The notes under the pieces: generated by a model | Told to the model about the DNA's origin: nothing | The model's input: the letters and a program-made list of their open reading frames with translations, nothing else | Database searches by the model: none | Program-made: the position numbers and the translations under genes | Shown here: piece after piece, positions 37,710 through 41,742 of the stretch | Position numbering within the stretch: position 1 is the stretch's first letter | Layout: every line of letters starts with the position of its first letter | DNA from: Catajapyx aquilonaris | Taxonomy: Eukaryota | Length of the DNA stretch: 41,742 bases | Assembly (NCBI GenBank): GCA_000934665.2 | Contig: JYFJ02003445.1 | Location: 1-41,742 of the forward strand | Direction: 5' to 3'

Positions 37710-40700
37710 TTAGCGTGTGTCACTGGCACTGGTAGTCTGGCTCCTGGGCAATTCTGGCTGATTAGTTGGAGGTCGCGTCTCCCTCCCATAGTATATGTTG
37801 CCCTGAAGATCCACAGCAAAGTTGTAGTCAACAGGTTGCGATTCTATTGCTTCCTCAATGGCACGGTCTAGTGCATCAGGCCTTGGGTCATTTGGCCCCG
37901 GAGTTGGAATAAGTCCTCCTTTAGGGTGGTTTACTTTAGCCAGGACCTCTTTCTCCAGGATATTCCTCCACTGTTCCCGTCCTGCTTGAGTTCTGCCTAT
38001 GCCTTCCAAGGATCTCTCTAGGCGCTCTTCACGTTTTTTCTTCAGGCGTATTTTACGTTCAACAGCTACAGCTGCATTCCAGGCATCATTTTCTTTCATC
38101 AGTCTCACCCATTCCTCCTCCTCCCTTCTCTGCTGTGCTTCTTCTAGTGTTTGCCCTCCTGATAGCTCTGCTTCACTTTCACTGCCCATGCTTTTTTTTG
38201 TTTCTTCTGCTGCCAAAAACATTCTGAAAAAGATAATGGTTTAGCCGAAACTGAATTATTTGTGCATACTTGTACATAGTAATGGAGAGGCTTCACTCAT
38301 ATACAGTGACCTGTAACCCTGTTCCATTCAATGTCTAATTACATGCATTAAACTTTCCATATACAACGGATAATTTAATCCCAAAATAGCTGCATGCAAG
38401 ACAAATAGGAAGAATTAGTGACAAGAAGCAGGTTGATATACATTTACCTTTTCGAGGGCACAGGTTTATAATGTGAAACCTGTGTACACACTTTAGCGAA
38501 ATCCCCCCGTTCTGGTAAAAATTTTCGTAATAGGACCAGTTTACACAGAGAGAATCTACACTCACTACTCATGCATAACATCATTGATATCTTGCACCTT
38601 AGCTTGTCAGACTGTTCATCACCGATATAATGCGGTATTGCAGTATTATTTCCAATACTCACAGGGTTTTCCTTACTACATGACATAAAAATGTAACCCC
38701 TTTCTGCATTACAGAGGTGCTGTTACACTGAATAAAAATACCTACTAAGAGAAAATTCTATGCCACGACCAGAACTGCATAAATTTTCTGCAGAACAAAA
38801 GTTTCTACTCTAACCGGGGTTTGCTGTAGACAGGTTTCACTGCATTACCATTCCTTAACTCTATTCAAGTGACACGATACCAGCATAATGGTATCAAGTG
38901 CCAAAACCAATGAACAACCATTATGCGAGATATTGCAATGTCGTTATGGAAGGTGAACAATTTGAGATGTCCATGCATCAGTTAGTAATTATTTTGGCAC
39001 TATGCTGCTTATTTAGTAGTTACAGTGAATAGTCACTTTCATTGGTCATCAAAAATATGAGCATATAGGATTAGGATATATGGACCCACACACAAAAACA
39101 AAAAAAGGTCTGCAAAAATGAGTACAATCATTAACGTTTGATGCCAGTTGTTCCAATGGGCCATTTTCAGTCAGCTACTGCAAATCAAAGCTTGAATTGA
39201 TGATTTATCTTGGCCTAATTTTAGCACCAGACACCTTTGATACCATGAAAAATAATTATGCCAAAGTAGCCGTCGAAGAATAAGAAGGTCAGTGTCAAAA
39301 AATCACTGAAATTGGCAATTCAGTTGGATCACCATGTATGCAGTTAAAAGCAATTCCATGTCTATTCCAGTAAATGGGCTGAAATTACAATAATGCTAAC
39401 ACTATCAGTCCCTCCTCGCAGTCAGTCATTCAAGCATATGACTTGTAGCTTTGGAACGTGGGTCATGGCTCATATGATTCGGAAGCAATATACTCCATAA
39501 TGAATATTCGTAAAATACCAATTTCCCCATAAAAAGATGAAAAATGTGATACTTTCACACGCCCACACTAATCTGCCATTAGATGCAAGAAGACCGTAAG
39601 TTAGGCTTCTTGCATCTGACAGCAGGAATGGTGTAGCATAATGTCTGACAGAAATTATTAGGCACCTTCAGATGGGATTCACAAATGGTCACAAATGCAA
39701 TGCACTATGCCAGGCAGATTGTGCAACTTGTTGTGACAATTTTACAAGGCAGCAGGTGACTTGAGTGGCATGTCATTTTAATATTTTGTTAACCTGGACT
39801 GTGGTGTTCTACAATGCTCAGGTCAGAAGCAGGAGGAGGGAGTTGATATAAAAACATGGCGATGAAAAATAAGTCTAACTTCCTCTCAGATTTCAGTTCC
39901 TTGTGAATATCCAAGGCAAAATAATCATAGTTTACTAATTATTACTTTTTTATTTATTTTTTTATTTATTAAAAACCCCGTGATAGAGCTCGTGGCTCTC
40001 TTAGGGGGGAAGGGGATGTTCCCAAGGGAGGGCGCCGCGAGAAAGCAATTTCTGACATTCTTTAACACCAGGCCTTTTCTCCTGGCCCCGAGCAGAGAAG
40101 GGAGTGCACAAGGGGGTAGTCACTCCTCAAAAAAGTGTACACCGGCTCTCTTGAGTAGCGGCTCTCCTCGGCTCTCCTCGGCTCTCCTCGGCTCTCCTCG
40201 GCTTTCTGCGGCTCTCCCCCTGCTCACCAGCAGGCTCACCCACGGTCTTATGGGCTCACCGATGCCGAGGAGAGCCGAGGAGAGCCGAGGAGAGCCGAGG
40301 AGAGCCGAGGAAAGCCGCAGAGAGCCGAAGAAAAACTACGTCATATTGACGTCATATAATTACGTCATATGATGAGGACAAGATGAGGAGCAAATGCGCA
40401 TTTGCTCCTCATCATATGACGTAATTATATGACGTCAATATGACGTAGTTTTTCTTCGGCTCTCCTCGGCTCTCTGCGGCTCTCCTCGGCTCACCAGTGA
40501 GGGTGTACACCGGCTCTCCGAAGTGACTACCCCCTTGGGAGTGCAATTCTGCTCCGGCATGTCGGGAGAAAAGCGGAAAAAGACCCGGCCAAGCAGAGGT
40601 GACGGGGACGGAATTTGAATCCCGGCCTCTCGCTTGGCTGGCCAGAGGCGTAACCACTAGACCACCATGCCACCGTACTTTTGGTATATTTAAATTCATG

Positions 40701-41148
40701 CACTTAATTAAAACACCTGAAATCCCTATTCAGGCCGAAATTCCCAGTACTGCATAAGTGCAGTGTAGCTACATTTGGTTCCTGCTATGGGTTAGTACCA
40801 ACTGGTACCAACATCAAACAGTGCACACTGATAGTTCAAACCGGACCTGATAGATCTGAGTTCAGTGCGGTACTTCTTGTAGAGCCTGGTGATTTCCATA
40901 GCCTCATGCTCCGGGATGATCTTCCTGGGGGGTACGATGAACATCTTGCTCTTGGCTCTGGGGAACCACATGGGCTTCCTCCAGCGCACCACTTCCACGC
41001 GAACATCCGACGGCGGGCAGCAGCTCTTCGGGCCCATCCCCGCAGGCAGAGGAACCACTGGGGCCTGCAATCTGCTGAGCAGGCACGGCAGCAGGAACCG
41101 GCCGCTTCGCAGCAGCGCATTCCCGCTGATCGCCGAAGATGCCCACAT
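37710..41148 (-). CDS. MRPS26: Mitochondrial small-subunit ribosomal protein S26 (mS26), ~271 aa
   Basis: Exons (minus) 41148-40847 and 38223-37710, phase-2 GT-AG intron, 816 nt. Arg-rich presequence; RKPMWFPRAKSKMF..P and Y..YRTELRSIR; coiled-coil ENDAWN; C-terminal LDRAIEEAIE..PVDYNFAVDLQGN, all typical of arthropod mRpS26. Confidence 0.9.
38471..38841. mobile_element. Degenerate Tigger/pogo-like MITE remnant
   Basis: GTGAAACCTGTGTACAC at ~38473 versus GTAGACAGGTTTCACTG ending at 38841; poorly conserved. Confidence 0.4.
39950..40675 (-). mobile_element. Second tRNA-derived SINE family, interrupted by a nested fold-back element
   Basis: On minus: A box TGGTCTAGTGGT (40664-40653); B box GATTCAAATTCC (40621-40610); 3' end CCCCTAAGAGAGCCACGAGCTCTATCACGGGGTTTTT plus a (TAAA)-type A-rich tail; probable TSD TACTTTT at 39943-39949 and 40676-40682. 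Confidence 0.85.
40109..40537. mobile_element. Fold-back non-autonomous DNA transposon (hAT- or P-superfamily-like) with perfect 8-bp TSD
   Basis: 16-bp perfect TIRs CAAGGGGGTAGTCACT (40109-40124) / AGTGACTACCCCCTTG (40522-40537); TSD GGAGTGCA at 40101-40108 and 40538-40545; internal (GGCTCTCCTC)n arrays and a loopless palindrome centred at 40397/40398. Confidence 0.9.
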
Positions 41149-41568
41149 GGCTCAAGCAAAAGGGGCTTGATCAACACCGGATTTGATCAGATTTCCTTCG
41201 AGCAGCGAGCCGCCATGTTGCCCTGCGCTTTACCAATGTTGCCAACCTCATTCCTCTTCATATAATGCCGAAGCATACTTACGTTATAAATAAATTATGT
41301 TTATTACTACATCTTGCTCTTATCTGTGAACGGACATGTTTTCGGATATTTAACTACGAGGGGGTAAGCAAGNTGTTTTCGGATATTTAACTACGAGGGG
41401 GTAAGCAAGGCACGTGAGGGAACCATCGATTGGGTACATTGAAATATGGCAGCCCCCATGTAGCTCACATTTGGGAAGTATTACCACTTGATTGCAAGGC
41501 TCCTTCCATCCTTCCTTGGCATTAGGGAGCGTGCCCTGGCAGCCTCAATAAGCGTTGAGGTTGTGAAA
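41149..41568. promoter_or_regulatory. Putative bidirectional promoter between MRPS26 (-) and a + strand gene
   Basis: About 420 bp between divergent ATGs. YY1-like CAACATGGCGGC on minus (41220-41209) and AATATGGCAGCCCCC on plus (41443-41457), each pointing toward its gene; E-box CACGTG at 41411-41416. Confidence 0.5.
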
Positions 41569-41742
41569 ATGGCTTGCATTCTGATGCCGACCCGTGTTGT
41601 GTCGACCGCCATCCATGTGAGGACACTGGTGCGACGCTTTCTGAGCAGTGGTGGGGAGAAGAGCATTCCTCCTGGCCAGTGCAGGACCTCCCAAGATGTG
41701 GGGCGCCTTCTGGCTGAGCTGCACAGTGTCAGCTCCCGCAGT
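41569..41742 (+). CDS. 5' end of an unidentified gene with a mitochondrial-presequence-like N-terminus (runs off the window)
   Basis: AAAATGG context; open for 58 codons to the edge: MACILMPTRVVSTAIHVRTLVRRFLSSGGEKSIPPGQCRTSQDVGRLLAELHSVSSRS. The first ~27 aa are Arg/Ser/Thr-rich with no acidic residues and end RRFLSS. Confidence 0.55.
   Translation, partial: MACILMPTRVVSTAIHVRTLVRRFLSSGGEKSIPPGQCRTSQDVGRLLAELHSVSSRS

Noticed and set aside
40160..40493. CRISPR-like repeat array
   Set aside because: 10-bp tandem units with no unique spacers, no cas genes and a eukaryotic context; they are internal repeats of a transposon.
40600..40675. tRNA gene on the minus strand
   Set aside because: It is the head of the second SINE, with a degenerate cloverleaf.
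41337..41409. Exact 36-bp tandem duplication TGTTTTCGGATATTTAACTACGAGGGGGTAAGCAAG
   Set aside because: The copies are separated by a single N (41373), the signature of an unmerged contig overlap; most likely an assembly artefact.

Overview
Eukaryotic genomic DNA, most likely an arthropod and possibly a crustacean, judged from the amontillado/PC2 and MRPS26 sequences. It has GT-AG introns, many only ~55-65 nt. Hand-built gene models: (1) terminal 2-kb exon of DNA polymerase delta catalytic subunit POLD1 (+); (2) a six-exon, ~654-aa low-complexity protein (+) carrying the motif set of the vertebrate ATR activator ETAA1 (IVWDCNSP activation motif, acidic RPA70-type motifs, C-terminal RPA32-type helix), the most interesting find; (3) a 12-exon, ~952-aa type II membrane M13 neprilysin/ECE-like peptidase (-) with intact catalytic motifs and a ~100-aa charged insert next to an RSRR site; (4) a 14-exon prohormone convertase 2 (-); (5) two-exon MRPS26 (-); (6) the 5' end of a head-to-head ORF with a mitochondrial-presequence-like N-terminus (+). 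Non-coding DNA holds several MITEs and two different tRNA-derived SINEs that share a covarying 3' stem-loop. One SINE has a V-domain-like core; the other is interrupted by a complex fold-back element with a perfect 8-bp TSD. No CRISPR array or other prokaryotic system is present. All family assignments come from motif recognition by eye; no database searches were run.
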